52,703 nt of DNA from a virus, in the IMG/VR virus record IMGVR_UViG_3300024265_000064. One strand, given 5' to 3'. How positions within the stretch are numbered: the first letter of the stretch is position 1; each line of letters starts with the position of its first letter. A program made the translations under genes and the position numbers. The notes below the pieces were generated by a model that saw only the letters and a list, made by a program, of their open reading frames with translations, did not search any database and had not been told where the DNA came from. This document shows positions 42,782 to 52,490 of this stretch, one piece after another.

Positions 42782-43689
42782 AGATTAACATGATAGGTGC
42801 TTTCGTTAGGAATGCTCCATTTGGCACTGAGATTGCATTCAAGAAAGGACTTGAGCAGATCGGTGTTTCAGTGTTTACATGGGATCCTTCACAAAAAGAA
42901 TCTCAAACGCTACGTAATGATGCTGATGCAACTATTGTATTCAAAGATCAAGGAGAATATTCGCATGTTGTTCTTCGTGATATGAAAACTTTTGGTCAAA
43001 CTGTAATTGAATATCAACCAGATGATATCCGTGCACCTGGCATCCGTGGAATGATGGAACACATGCGGGAGTTTTGTGATTATGCATTCACGTTTGATAA
43101 GGAAGGTGCTCGTGTAGCGAACGAGATCGGTTATAAGAAAGCCAAAAAATTACTTCTGACTGCAGATCCGGATCTCTATAGACCGCTCGGTCTTCTGCAT
43201 GATATTGATTTTTGTTTTATTGGAAGTCTTTCGAATCCAGTGATGCACGAAAGTCGAAATAAGATGATTAGACTTCTAACTGCAGCTGGTCATAACGTGG
43301 TTGCTTTAAGCATTTTTGATCCAGAAATAATTAATGCTATCTATAATAGATCAAAAATCGTGTTGAATCATGCTACAGATGTAGGACAAGATTTTGGTTG
43401 GGGTTATGGCTACCAATGTAGACACTTTGAAGCAGGGTTCGCAGGTTCATGTCTTCTTTCCAATTCACTTCTTGATAATGATGGAGATGGGCCAGAACAG
43501 TTTTGTACTTTCAATTCAGAAGAAGAGCTTCTTGAAGATTTAAATCTTTTGCTTGATGGGTGGTATGATGGTCCAATCAACGAACAACAAGGGAAAGCAT
43601 TGTTACAAGAACTAATGGAAGGACACACTCCACAACACAGAGCACGTGAGATCGTTCAGTTCATCGAAGAAGTGAGAGAATGCGATTAA
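42778..43689 (+). CDS. putative glycosyltransferase (GT-B C-terminal-like)
   Basis: ATG 42778 overlapping previous stop. Confidence 0.4.
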   Translation: MKINMIGAFVRNAPFGTEIAFKKGLEQIGVSVFTWDPSQKESQTLRNDADATIVFKDQGEYSHVVLRDMKTFGQTVIEYQPDDIRAPGIRGMMEHMREFCDYAFTFDKEGARVANEIGYKKAKKLLLTADPDLYRPLGLLHDIDFCFIGSLSNPVMHESRNKMIRLLTAAGHNVVALSIFDPEIINAIYNRSKIVLNHATDVGQDFGWGYGYQCRHFEAGFAGSCLLSNSLLDNDGDGPEQFCTFNSEEELLEDLNLLLDGWYDGPINEQQGKALLQELMEGHTPQHRAREIVQFIEEVRECD

Positions 43690-44258
43690 ATTTAGGATGC
43701 GGTTCTGATGTACGGGAAGGCTATATAAACGCTGATCTGCTGACATTAAGTTGTCGTGATGTAGTTAAGGTTGACTTGACAGTGTTTCCGTGGCCGTGGA
43801 GAGATGCAGAAGAGATCTTGATGCTTGATGTTCTCGAACATTTTTCTTATCGACTAACAGACACGATCCTTCAGGAAATTTGGTTTACATTAAAAACTGG
43901 TGGATTTGTTGAAATTCAAGTTCCTGACTTTGATCACTGTGCTATGGCTGCAATGAAAGACGATTGTCTTTGCAACGTATGCGCAAACAAGATGTATTCA
44001 GAAGATAAAAAATGTGCAAAATGCAACACGCCTTTCAATGATATAGCTCAAGCTGCTATGAATAGACTCTATGGCGGGCAGGATTATGAGGGTAACTGGC
44101 ACTACACAGCGTTTACAAAGTCTCTTTTAGAGCATAAGCTCAAACGAATAGGATTCAGTGATATCGAATTTCTAGATAAAAATGAGAATGGTGAGACGTA
44201 TTTTCAGAATTGGAACTTTAAAGTAAGAGCTTTTAAATCTGAAGATGCTTGGGGCTAA
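43680..44258 (+). CDS. class I SAM-dependent methyltransferase
   Basis: LNLGCGSDVREGYINAD motif I. Confidence 0.75.
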   Translation: MRLNLGCGSDVREGYINADLLTLSCRDVVKVDLTVFPWPWRDAEEILMLDVLEHFSYRLTDTILQEIWFTLKTGGFVEIQVPDFDHCAMAAMKDDCLCNVCANKMYSEDKKCAKCNTPFNDIAQAAMNRLYGGQDYEGNWHYTAFTKSLLEHKLKRIGFSDIEFLDKNENGETYFQNWNFKVRAFKSEDAWG

Positions 44259-45250
44259 ATATGGGCTGGAAGAACAAAAACGTATTAATCACTGGCATCA
44301 ATGGTTTCATTGGCACAGCTCTTGCCAGAAGACTTCTTCTCGAGGGAGCTAATGTTTCAGGTTTAGTTAAGGAAATTAGCCATGCAGCTGATATTTTGTA
44401 CCACGGAAACTGCAAGCTCTTCACGGGAGATATCTGCGATTACACGACATTAAGTGAGATAATCTCACTTCAGGAGATTGATGTAATCTTTCACTTTGCA
44501 GCATTTGCCATTGTTAGATCATCTTCAAAAGATCCAATGTCAACGTATCGTATTAATGTAATGGGAACTGTGAATGTTCTTGAAGCTGCACGCAATGTTG
44601 GTAGATGTAAGAGCATTGTAGTTGCTTCCTCAGATAAAGCATATGGAGATCATGAGGAACTTCCATATACTGAAGATTTTGCTCTACAACCAAAGAATAC
44701 ATACGATACCTCTAAAGCATGTATGGATATGATTGCTAGATCTTACGCGCATAACTATGATATGCCAATCTGCGTAACGAGGTGCAGTAATGTCTACGGT
44801 CCGGGTGACATGAGCTTATCACGAATCGTTCCAAATACAATCAAGCTAATTCTTGATGGAAAAGGCCCAATGCTTTATTCAGATATTGAAAGCATGGAGC
44901 GTGAGTTTATCTACATTGATGACGTAGTTGAAGCTTATCTTAAGTTAGGGACAGGATATTGTGCACTTAAACCAATCAAAGCGCCTCAGGGTGAAGCTTA
45001 TAACATCGGTGGAACAGGCCCAGTGAAAATCTATGATTTAGCTGCCAAGATATCAGAGCTTATGGGTTCAAAGAAGAAACCATTTGTAAGCCGGCGTGAT
45101 CCATTGTTTAAGGAAATTCAAAGACAGTACATCGATGCTAGTAAGCTTTTAACGATACATGCATGGAAGCCTCAAATAGATCTTGATGAGGGTCTTAAGA
45201 GAACTGTTGAGTGGTATAAGTCTTTTTACATAGATGGTGAATATAAGTGA
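44249..45250 (+). CDS. NAD(P)-dependent sugar nucleotide 4,6-dehydratase/epimerase (SDR)
   Basis: TGINGFIGTAL Rossmann; YDTSK YxxxK. Confidence 0.75.
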   Translation: MGLNMGWKNKNVLITGINGFIGTALARRLLLEGANVSGLVKEISHAADILYHGNCKLFTGDICDYTTLSEIISLQEIDVIFHFAAFAIVRSSSKDPMSTYRINVMGTVNVLEAARNVGRCKSIVVASSDKAYGDHEELPYTEDFALQPKNTYDTSKACMDMIARSYAHNYDMPICVTRCSNVYGPGDMSLSRIVPNTIKLILDGKGPMLYSDIESMEREFIYIDDVVEAYLKLGTGYCALKPIKAPQGEAYNIGGTGPVKIYDLAAKISELMGSKKKPFVSRRDPLFKEIQRQYIDASKLLTIHAWKPQIDLDEGLKRTVEWYKSFYIDGEYK

Positions 45251-46278
45251 GAATAGCTTTTGTAGGAATTGAGAGGAATTGGGAAGATCTCGCTAAACGT
45301 GATTATGTTTTTCAGTTTATTAAATGTCATCTTGAGCTTCCTTACTACTATTCTCTATTTGGTAAGAATGAAGTTGATATTGTAACAGATTTTGAGTGGG
45401 GTCCACAGACAACTCGTGACGGAGGATTATCATGCTTAGAGGTAATCCTGTATGATATCTTTAAGGAAAGAGATTATGATGTTGTTGTCCACTGGAGAAA
45501 ATGGATTGATACTTGTTATAAATCAGAAGCTGTAAACGTAATCAATAGTCAGGACCACACATACGGTCTTGGTTGGTTGAAGACTGTCGAGAAAGCTACA
45601 GAAGAAGGCAAGCTTGATGGTATTCTCTGTTTTCCTAAGTGGCATGAGAATAATTTGGCAAGTGAGCTCTCACGCCTTACGAGAGCTCCCCAGCTCCTCC
45701 CTGGTGTCACGCTTGGTGTTGATACAGAGACATATCACCCCTGTGAAAAAGACCCTCGAGCGCTTCTGTGGGCTTCTGATATCGGGAGAGGCTTGCAGGG
45801 TGCAATAGAGCTTACACTGAAGCTTTTTCAGCGCGATAAACGCTTCAAGCTACATATTTGTTGGCCTGACTACACGAATGGCGGAGTCATCATAGATCAT
45901 CCTGCATTGGAATTTCATAAGAATCTTGACAATGGTCCTGAGTTATGGGGATTATTCAATAAGTGTAGTTTTCTGCCGTATACTTCGACATTTAAGGAAC
46001 CCTCTTCAAGAGCTCACAGGCAAGCAATGGCGGCAGGATGTATAGTGCTGTATCCGCCAAACATGGGAACACCATCAGACTTGATTACATGCGGTGTCGA
46101 TGGCATCGTATCCCCTGTCAACAGCTGGATAGATACGATCATCGAATATACAGAAGATTCGACAGCATTCGCTTTGATATCAGATAATGCTAGGACTTAC
46201 GCAGTGAGTGAAAACTGGGAAGTACAAGCAAAACGCTTCAATAAGCTATTCGAAGGTATGATAAATGACAAGCATTAA
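45247..46278 (+). CDS. putative glycosyltransferase (GTG start)
   Basis: C-terminal GT-B-like region (AHRQAMAAGCIVLYPP). Confidence 0.4.
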   Translation: MRIAFVGIERNWEDLAKRDYVFQFIKCHLELPYYYSLFGKNEVDIVTDFEWGPQTTRDGGLSCLEVILYDIFKERDYDVVVHWRKWIDTCYKSEAVNVINSQDHTYGLGWLKTVEKATEEGKLDGILCFPKWHENNLASELSRLTRAPQLLPGVTLGVDTETYHPCEKDPRALLWASDIGRGLQGAIELTLKLFQRDKRFKLHICWPDYTNGGVIIDHPALEFHKNLDNGPELWGLFNKCSFLPYTSTFKEPSSRAHRQAMAAGCIVLYPPNMGTPSDLITCGVDGIVSPVNSWIDTIIEYTEDSTAFALISDNARTYAVSENWEVQAKRFNKLFEGMINDKH

Positions 46279-47263
46279 TACACCCGATTTCTTGGATAAC
46301 TTTAACGTTGCTGATATGACAGTCGGCATCGTTGGATTTGGTTACGTTGGTCAAGCAATTGAAAATTTCTTCAATGATCAGTGTCGTACCGTTGTCTATG
46401 ATAAGTTTAAGAAAGTTCATGATACATACAAGCTTGACACACTTGAAGACGTTGTTCGTGAGTCAAATGTGGTCTTTCTTGCAGTTCCAACGCCAATGAA
46501 CAAAGATGGCAGCTGTCACACTAGCATCGTCGAAAGCGCTCTCAGTGATATTAGAATAGTTGCCAAGAGCATTGATCGTGATACGAGTGAATTCGTCATC
46601 GTGATCAAGAGCACAGTGACTCCTGGGTTCACAAAGAAAATGCAACAGACTGGGCTTCGTGTTGTTTTTTCTCCTGAGTTTCTTACTGAGAAGAATAGCT
46701 TTGCAGATCTAGAAAATACATCACGTGTTCTATTTGGTGGTGATGACGAAGATACGACTATCGTCGTAAGATTCTTCCAAAAGAAACTGCAGAACAAAGC
46801 AGTCTTGGGGATGGCAGATGATCCAACGACATTAGAGATGGTGAAGCTCTTTACGAATACACTACTAATGACAAAGGTTCTCATTGCAAACGAGATTTTT
46901 CAAGTCTGTAGACATCTCGACGTTGATTACGAGGAAGTAATGCTTCTCACTTGTTTAGATCCACGTATTGCACGCAGTCATTTACAAGTTCCAGGACATG
47001 ATGGACAGCTCGGCGCGGGAGGTCACTGTTTTCCAAAAGACATTAATAGCCTTAGAAGTGTCGCAGCAGAGTTCGGGACTGGTGAGAAACTATTTAGTGC
47101 AGTCATCGAGCGGAATCTTGAGCTTAGAGAGAAGAAGGATTGGCTTGAGATGAAAGGAAGAGCAGTTGTCGAAGACTACGAAGAAGATAGTGATGGATCT
47201 GGACGGGACCCTGTGTACTCAGGAGAGTTCGGGAACATATCATCTAGCACTACCAAATCTTGA
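46265..47263 (+). CDS. UDP-glucose/GDP-mannose 6-dehydrogenase family
   Basis: VGIVGFGYVGQA N-terminal Rossmann; GGHCFPKD catalytic Cys motif. Confidence 0.8.
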   Translation: MTSINTPDFLDNFNVADMTVGIVGFGYVGQAIENFFNDQCRTVVYDKFKKVHDTYKLDTLEDVVRESNVVFLAVPTPMNKDGSCHTSIVESALSDIRIVAKSIDRDTSEFVIVIKSTVTPGFTKKMQQTGLRVVFSPEFLTEKNSFADLENTSRVLFGGDDEDTTIVVRFFQKKLQNKAVLGMADDPTTLEMVKLFTNTLLMTKVLIANEIFQVCRHLDVDYEEVMLLTCLDPRIARSHLQVPGHDGQLGAGGHCFPKDINSLRSVAAEFGTGEKLFSAVIERNLELREKKDWLEMKGRAVVEDYEEDSDGSGRDPVYSGEFGNISSSTTKS

Positions 47264-47513
47264 GGTTATAGAGGAAGTCAACCGTCTTTGGACGAACGGC
47301 TGGCATGTAACGATCTTCACTGCTCGTGGCATGGAATCGTGTGATGGAGATGTCATAATGATTGAGACAATATATCGTGAGATGACAGAGAAATGGTTGA
47401 AAGACAACAGAGTCTGTCATGATCGACTCTTGTTTGGCAAGCCGTCAGCAGATTTTTATGTCGACGATAAAGCTATGCATCCTGCAGAGTTCATAAATTT
47501 TAATGATAAGTAA
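47193..47513 (+). CDS. HAD-superfamily phosphatase (GmhB-like candidate)
   Basis: N-terminal MDLDGTLC DxDGT motif; ATG 47193 preferred over TTG 47166; overlaps 3' end of upstream gene. Confidence 0.5.
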   Translation: MDLDGTLCTQESSGTYHLALPNLEVIEEVNRLWTNGWHVTIFTARGMESCDGDVIMIETIYREMTEKWLKDNRVCHDRLLFGKPSADFYVDDKAMHPAEFINFNDK

Positions 47514-47919
47514 TATCGTATTCACGAATGGTTGTTTCGATCTTCTGCATGCTGGTCATGTAGGAACGTTGAGATACGCAAGAGATCTGACGGGCGGTCG
47601 CTTAGGTTCTGTGGTAGTTGGATTGAATAGTGATGTCAGCATTAGGAAGATCAAGGGCAACGATCGCCCAATAATCTCTCAGTGGATGCGACGTGATATG
47701 CTCTTGGCGCTTAAGTATGTCGATCGTGTCATGATATTTGATGAGGAAACACCCTACGATTTAATAAAGAAGCTAAACCCAGACATCATCGTTAAAGGCC
47801 CTGAATACCTGAATAAAGATGTTGTGGGATCTGATATTGCACGTATTGAAATAGTGCCTAAATCGTACTGTGTCGATATATCAACGTCGAAGACTATAGA
47901 GAAGATAAGGAAACTATGA
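47503..47919 (+). CDS. HxGH nucleotidyltransferase (RfaE domain II-like heptose-1-P adenylyltransferase / cytidylyltransferase)
   Basis: TNGCFDLLHAGHV motif. Confidence 0.8.
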   Translation: MISNIVFTNGCFDLLHAGHVGTLRYARDLTGGRLGSVVVGLNSDVSIRKIKGNDRPIISQWMRRDMLLALKYVDRVMIFDEETPYDLIKKLNPDIIVKGPEYLNKDVVGSDIARIEIVPKSYCVDISTSKTIEKIRKL

Positions 47920-48818
47920 GTAGAATCCTAGTAGTTGGTGACATAGTCATAGATTGCTACACACACGTTACGACTTCTCGCATGGCGCAGGAAGCAGATA
48001 TCCCTGTTTTTGATAAAACTGGTGTGAAAGAGCGTAGATTAGGTGGAGCTGCAAATGTAGCAGCAAATATCAAAGCACTTGCTGGAGATAGTATTTCTGT
48101 AGATCTAAATGGAATAATGAGAGCTCTAGATGCTGATCTCATGTCAGATAATGATCTTAACGGGTGGATGGTCTGGGGAGATAGTTTAGAAAAACATAGA
48201 TACGTCTGTGATGATAAGATAGTGTGTCGTGTAGATAACAAAAAGAAGTTTGATCGAGCATATAGAGAACATTTTGAAGAGTGTTTTGAGCTCAGTCAGC
48301 ACTATGACCTGATTGTCATATCTGACTATGACAAGGGGACAGTAACAGAAAGTGTCACAAAAAAGATTCTAGATTCTGGTATTCCCGTCGTTGTTGATTC
48401 GAAGCGAAAAGACCTGAGAATATTTGAGGGAGCAAAGTTCTTAAACGTGAATGAACACGAATACTCTCTTCAGGTTTCGAATAAAGACTACACGGCCGTT
48501 GAACGATTGTTTGACTTTGTCATTGTGACACTTGGAGAAAAGGGAGCTCAGCTTCACCAGTGTGAGAGCTCAAAAAGCGATGATAAATCGTACATGGTTC
48601 ATACTGAACGTTTTTCGACAAAAGAAGCAAAACATGTTGTAGATGTCACTGGTTGTGGTGATACACATACTGCAGCATTTGCGTTAGGGATTGTTAGAGA
48701 TCCACAAGATATTAGAGGCGCAGTTAGATATGCGAATGAGTGTGCCACATTAGCAGTAGAGAAGTTTGGTACAACGAGGATTTCAAGATGGGATTTTTCG
48801 AGGAACTTGCAAGAGTAA
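47916..48818 (+). CDS. PfkB-family sugar kinase (RfaE domain I-like heptose-7-P kinase candidate)
   Basis: VDVTGCGDTHTAAF GAGD-type motif. Confidence 0.75.
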   Translation: MSRILVVGDIVIDCYTHVTTSRMAQEADIPVFDKTGVKERRLGGAANVAANIKALAGDSISVDLNGIMRALDADLMSDNDLNGWMVWGDSLEKHRYVCDDKIVCRVDNKKKFDRAYREHFEECFELSQHYDLIVISDYDKGTVTESVTKKILDSGIPVVVDSKRKDLRIFEGAKFLNVNEHEYSLQVSNKDYTAVERLFDFVIVTLGEKGAQLHQCESSKSDDKSYMVHTERFSTKEAKHVVDVTGCGDTHTAAFALGIVRDPQDIRGAVRYANECATLAVEKFGTTRISRWDFSRNLQE

Positions 48819-49249
48819 TAAAAAAGTTTGGTAAGAGAAGACCACTCACTCCAGATACACAACTAACAGAAAACTTCAAGTTGGGAGAGTTTGTGACAAA
48901 TGATGACAGAAAGACTCAAGTCCCACTTCAGTTTGTCGACAATGTCAAAGAGCTTGCTAAGAATCTTCAAGTAATTCGTGACCATGTCGGTACTTCTATC
49001 AAAGTCTTTTCAGGGTATAGAACGCCTGAACACAACGCAGCTATAGGTGGAGTGAAAAATTCCAAACACATGGTTGCTAAAGCTGCAGACTTAAAGTCTC
49101 TTTGTTCTACGGCTAAACTCCATGAGTTAATTTTGCTACTTATCGATGAAGGAAAGATAAAAGAGGGTGGAGTGGGACACTATCCTGGTCGATTCGTGCA
49201 CTACGATATAAGAGGCACTCGAGCCCGATGGACCGGTAAAGGAAGATAA
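48788..49249 (+). CDS. zinc D-Ala-D-Ala carboxypeptidase-like peptidoglycan hydrolase (M15 family), endolysin candidate
   Basis: FKLGEF...SGYRTPEHNAAIGG..SKHMVAKAADL: conserved H and D zinc ligands of M15/Hedgehog-type peptidases. Confidence 0.7.
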   Translation: MGFFEELARVIKKFGKRRPLTPDTQLTENFKLGEFVTNDDRKTQVPLQFVDNVKELAKNLQVIRDHVGTSIKVFSGYRTPEHNAAIGGVKNSKHMVAKAADLKSLCSTAKLHELILLLIDEGKIKEGGVGHYPGRFVHYDIRGTRARWTGKGR

Positions 49250-49291
49250 GTCTTATAAGCCATCGGTAGGGTTTACTTATGGTTTTGCCAA

Positions 49292-49300
49292 TGGTATAAT
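49292..49300 (+). promoter_or_regulatory. extended -10 promoter TGGTATAAT
   Basis: Upstream of ATG 49321 with SD GGAGAA. Confidence 0.45.
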
Positions 49301-49320
49301 TGAGTAATGGAGAATACACA

Positions 49321-49512
49321 ATGAAATTAGGACCAGATGTTCTTATCGAGATCGTTTCTATCGTACAGGGTGGTTTGTTTGCGCAGACAGACATATCCGA
49401 TTCACTTAGAGATATTGAGTTATCAGTGGACAATGACGAAGTCCTTCATTTAAACTTAGATTATCTTAAGAGAAAAGGAAGAGTTGTTGGCGACGGCGAG
49501 GAACTGTGTTAG
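49321..49512 (+). CDS. hypothetical protein (63 aa)
   Basis: ATG start downstream of promoter; the track ORF 49300 uses TTG. Confidence 0.4.
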   Translation: MKLGPDVLIEIVSIVQGGLFAQTDISDSLRDIELSVDNDEVLHLNLDYLKRKGRVVGDGEELC

Positions 49513-49515
49513 ATA

Positions 49516-49710
49516 ATGCCGATATATGCCTATAAATGCTCGAAATGCAAGATAATTGTTGAGATTCAACAGAATTTAGACAAAAAGAACCAACCGATGT
49601 GTTGTGAAGAAAACTGCAACATAGAGATGGATCCAATTATTTCGAAGTCTAATTTTGCACTCAAGGGATCTTGTTGGGCCAAAGATGGGTATTCCAAAGG
49701 AACGAAATGA
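49516..49710 (+). CDS. Zn-ribbon protein
   Basis: CSKCK...CCEENC. Confidence 0.45.
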   Translation: MPIYAYKCSKCKIIVEIQQNLDKKNQPMCCEENCNIEMDPIISKSNFALKGSCWAKDGYSKGTK

Positions 49711-50042
49711 CTGCAGTTATAACAATTTTATTTATCGTGTCAGCATTGGGGAACGTTATTTCGTATTTTATTACTAAGCGCTTCATCAAGCGCACGATAC
49801 AGTTTGATGAATTGTTTGAAAATGTCATGGACGATATCGACCTTTTCAATGAATATTTTGAATCACTTCTTGCTAAATCGACCTTTTCAAATTCACCAGA
49901 TATCATGCACTTGAATCGAAATATGACTTTGATGAAGGGACGATTTGATTACTACGCACAAGTATTCAATGGTGTTAGAGTTGGACGCGCTCTTGCCCCG
50001 AAAGAAATAACTGAAGTAGAAAGACCAATTGTTGTAGATTAG
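49707..50042 (+). CDS. hypothetical protein with N-terminal TM helix
   Basis: ATGA overlap; hydrophobic N-terminus. Confidence 0.45.
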   Translation: MTAVITILFIVSALGNVISYFITKRFIKRTIQFDELFENVMDDIDLFNEYFESLLAKSTFSNSPDIMHLNRNMTLMKGRFDYYAQVFNGVRVGRALAPKEITEVERPIVVD

Positions 50043-50045
50043 ATT

Positions 50046-50717
50046 ATGCCACAATATTTTACAAAAGAAACTGACGAGTACATTAAGAAATTTCTTAAGA
50101 CTGAAGATTCAGAAAATAAACATGCTCTATTCAATGAAGGCATTCGACCTGCATTTGAGAAACTGATCGAGAATCTTATCTTTGTGTACAAATTTTTTAC
50201 AATCGATGATGTCGAAACTCTTAAGCAGGATTGCTTAGCAAACTTGTATGAGATGTTACCGAAGTTTGATCCTGAAAAAGGGACGAAAGGATTCTCTTAT
50301 TTTAACGTCGTAGCAAAGAACTGGTTTATCCAAAAGACGAGAGAAAGAGCGAAGAAGAACAGGATTGAGCGCGAATTGCACGTGGGAGTCGATAGTGATT
50401 CAATACGTGACAATCCCTCGATGACATATTCTCCACATGAAGATGACGTTCTTGAGCAGGAATTCTGGAAGAGTCTCTTTACTGAGCTTGACTTCTGGCG
50501 TTCAAAGCTTGTCAAGAAGAATGAGAGAAAAGTTTTAGAAGCCGTGATCTTTCTCATGAGTAATCCAGAACTAGTCACTATTTATAACAAGAAAGCAGTG
50601 TATCTTTATTTAAGGGAAATGACTGGACTGAACGAGAAGCAAGTCGCAATGAATCTTAAGAAGATGCGTGAGCTTTATGCAAAGTGGAAGTCAAAGTATT
50701 TTACTGAGGGATATTAA
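50046..50717 (+). CDS. sigma-70-family RNA polymerase sigma factor (phage-encoded)
   Basis: Region-2-like stretch DCLANLYEMLPKFDPEKGTKGFSYFNVVAKNWFIQKTRE resembles the sigma-70 r2 pattern DL.QEG..GL..A...FDP..G..FSTYA..WI. Confidence 0.6.
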   Translation: MPQYFTKETDEYIKKFLKTEDSENKHALFNEGIRPAFEKLIENLIFVYKFFTIDDVETLKQDCLANLYEMLPKFDPEKGTKGFSYFNVVAKNWFIQKTRERAKKNRIERELHVGVDSDSIRDNPSMTYSPHEDDVLEQEFWKSLFTELDFWRSKLVKKNERKVLEAVIFLMSNPELVTIYNKKAVYLYLREMTGLNEKQVAMNLKKMRELYAKWKSKYFTEGY

Positions 50718-50722
50718 AGATT

Positions 50723-51040
50723 GTGAAGCAATCAGAAGACTATATACTGAAGGCGCTAGAGAATATTACAGCTGATAGAAAGCGTCTAGAAACACTCTAT
50801 GATGAGCTCAATGAACAAGGTGCAGCTGATCCATTCGTACGTCAGGCTATCAGTGATAATCTTGTGAAGATCGTTGATTCTCTCACTAAGCAGACTGGCC
50901 AGGTAGTGGAGCTTGCAAAGCTTAAGCAGAAGCTTGAGAAGCCAGAAACTACAGATAATAAAAATCTTACGAAAGACGACAAAGATAGTCTATTTGACGT
51001 AATTGAAGCAAAACCACTGGGGAGAACAGCAGATGCCTGA
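50723..51040 (+). CDS. hypothetical protein
   Basis: ORF only. Confidence 0.45.
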   Translation: MKQSEDYILKALENITADRKRLETLYDELNEQGAADPFVRQAISDNLVKIVDSLTKQTGQVVELAKLKQKLEKPETTDNKNLTKDDKDSLFDVIEAKPLGRTADA

Positions 51041-51206
51041 TCTTTCTGTATGTGATGTTGATGACCTTAAAGCTCGTGTAGCAGCATTGTTGATTAGTCT
51101 GGACGATAAGCTTAAAGAAGCTGGTCCTCTTCTCGAGAAGATTGGTCGTTTACGAGAAGAGGTTCGAATCATCACAGATGAACTAGAAAAGAGAGGTGGA
51201 GACTAG
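51033..51206 (+). CDS. hypothetical coiled-coil protein
   Basis: ATG 51033 overlapping previous stop. Confidence 0.35.
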   Translation: MPDLSVCDVDDLKARVAALLISLDDKLKEAGPLLEKIGRLREEVRIITDELEKRGGD

Positions 51207-51215
51207 ATATCTTAG

Positions 51216-51839
51216 ATGGCTAAAAAATTCCAAACGATTGAGAAATTCCGAAGACCAGAGGTCTTTCTCTCAGAACTCATCAATAAAAGTGTACGTGGTG
51301 AGCTGTGGGATAAAGATGAAAATGTACAAGTTTGGTGGCGCGCCGTCGTTATAGCAATCGATGTAGAAGGTGGACTGTTAGAAAATCCAGAGGGTGAGGG
51401 TGGACTAGCGCATGTCATAGACAAACGAGAATTTGAAGTACCAGCGAATGTTGGCCCGTTGAATCCGCGCAATAGTATCAAGGCACGCATCATCACTGCT
51501 GGATTAGATCAGTATGATGATGATGACTCACTTCGAGTATTTTGGCCAATGTTCCCTGATCATGACGCAATGCCAATCAAACCAGGCGAGCACGTCTATG
51601 TGACCTTCGAAGATACAGACTTTCAGCATGGATTGTGGTTTGGCAAAGTCCCAGGTCACCAGAATGTAAATTATTTTCGCGGTCAGGATTCATTTGAAGC
51701 GAGTGAAACAGCTCGTCTTACATCTCTTTATGATGATTCTGCAGAATTAGCGGAAGACAATACAGCGCTTACGACAGATCGTGATGCAGGTGAAAGAGTC
51801 GTAAGCGCTGCTCTCACAGTTCTTTTTGGAGACTCTTAG
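51216..51839 (+). CDS. hypothetical protein, possibly virion-associated
   Basis: ORF only. Confidence 0.45.
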   Translation: MAKKFQTIEKFRRPEVFLSELINKSVRGELWDKDENVQVWWRAVVIAIDVEGGLLENPEGEGGLAHVIDKREFEVPANVGPLNPRNSIKARIITAGLDQYDDDDSLRVFWPMFPDHDAMPIKPGEHVYVTFEDTDFQHGLWFGKVPGHQNVNYFRGQDSFEASETARLTSLYDDSAELAEDNTALTTDRDAGERVVSAALTVLFGDS

Positions 51840-51841
51840 AC

Positions 51842-52489
51842 ATGTCATATGATATTGTTAAAGAAGAAGTTCCAGGATTCATAAGACGATACGGTGATAG
51901 AGTTATTGAAGGGTCAAATAATGTCACAATGATTTGTGGCGCCGATAGAGCAGCGCCCGGAGAAGCTCCTCTTGATTCAGGTCATGGGCATATAAATGCT
52001 CCTGGTGAGGGCAAGAGTGCAGGTTCGTGGCACTTGATTGCTGGTAGATCTAGCGTTAATCCAAATTTTGACACAGACATGTCATATATCTACGTGTCCA
52101 TGAAAACAGATGTCGATAAGAACCTGCAAATCGAAGACTTGCCAAGTAGAGAAGCTGGCACGAACGCAAATGAAACTCCTGCAGCAATAATAAAGTCTGA
52201 TTCTATCAGATTCGTTGCACGAAAGGATTTTCGCATTGTCGTGGGTGATTCACACATCATTGTGAAAGATGGAAAGATAATCCTCGAAGGTCCACAGATA
52301 TATCTCAGCAACAAAGCGATAGAGAAAGTTGCAGAAGCTGTGATACGTGGAAAGACATTCACTCAGGACTTCAAGGGTCATATTCATCTAACACCAACAG
52401 GACCTTCGAGTAATCCTGTACCATCATCGATACCGAATATCATATCGAATGCTCATCTATCAACATTTGTAAAAGTGGATGGTAAGTAG
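51842..52489 (+). CDS. hypothetical protein, possibly baseplate/tail component
   Basis: beta-rich repeats (IRFVARKDFRIVVGDSHIIVKDGKIILEG); weak call. Confidence 0.4.
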   Translation: MSYDIVKEEVPGFIRRYGDRVIEGSNNVTMICGADRAAPGEAPLDSGHGHINAPGEGKSAGSWHLIAGRSSVNPNFDTDMSYIYVSMKTDVDKNLQIEDLPSREAGTNANETPAAIIKSDSIRFVARKDFRIVVGDSHIIVKDGKIILEGPQIYLSNKAIEKVAEAVIRGKTFTQDFKGHIHLTPTGPSSNPVPSSIPNIISNAHLSTFVKVDGK

Positions 52490-52490
52490 T

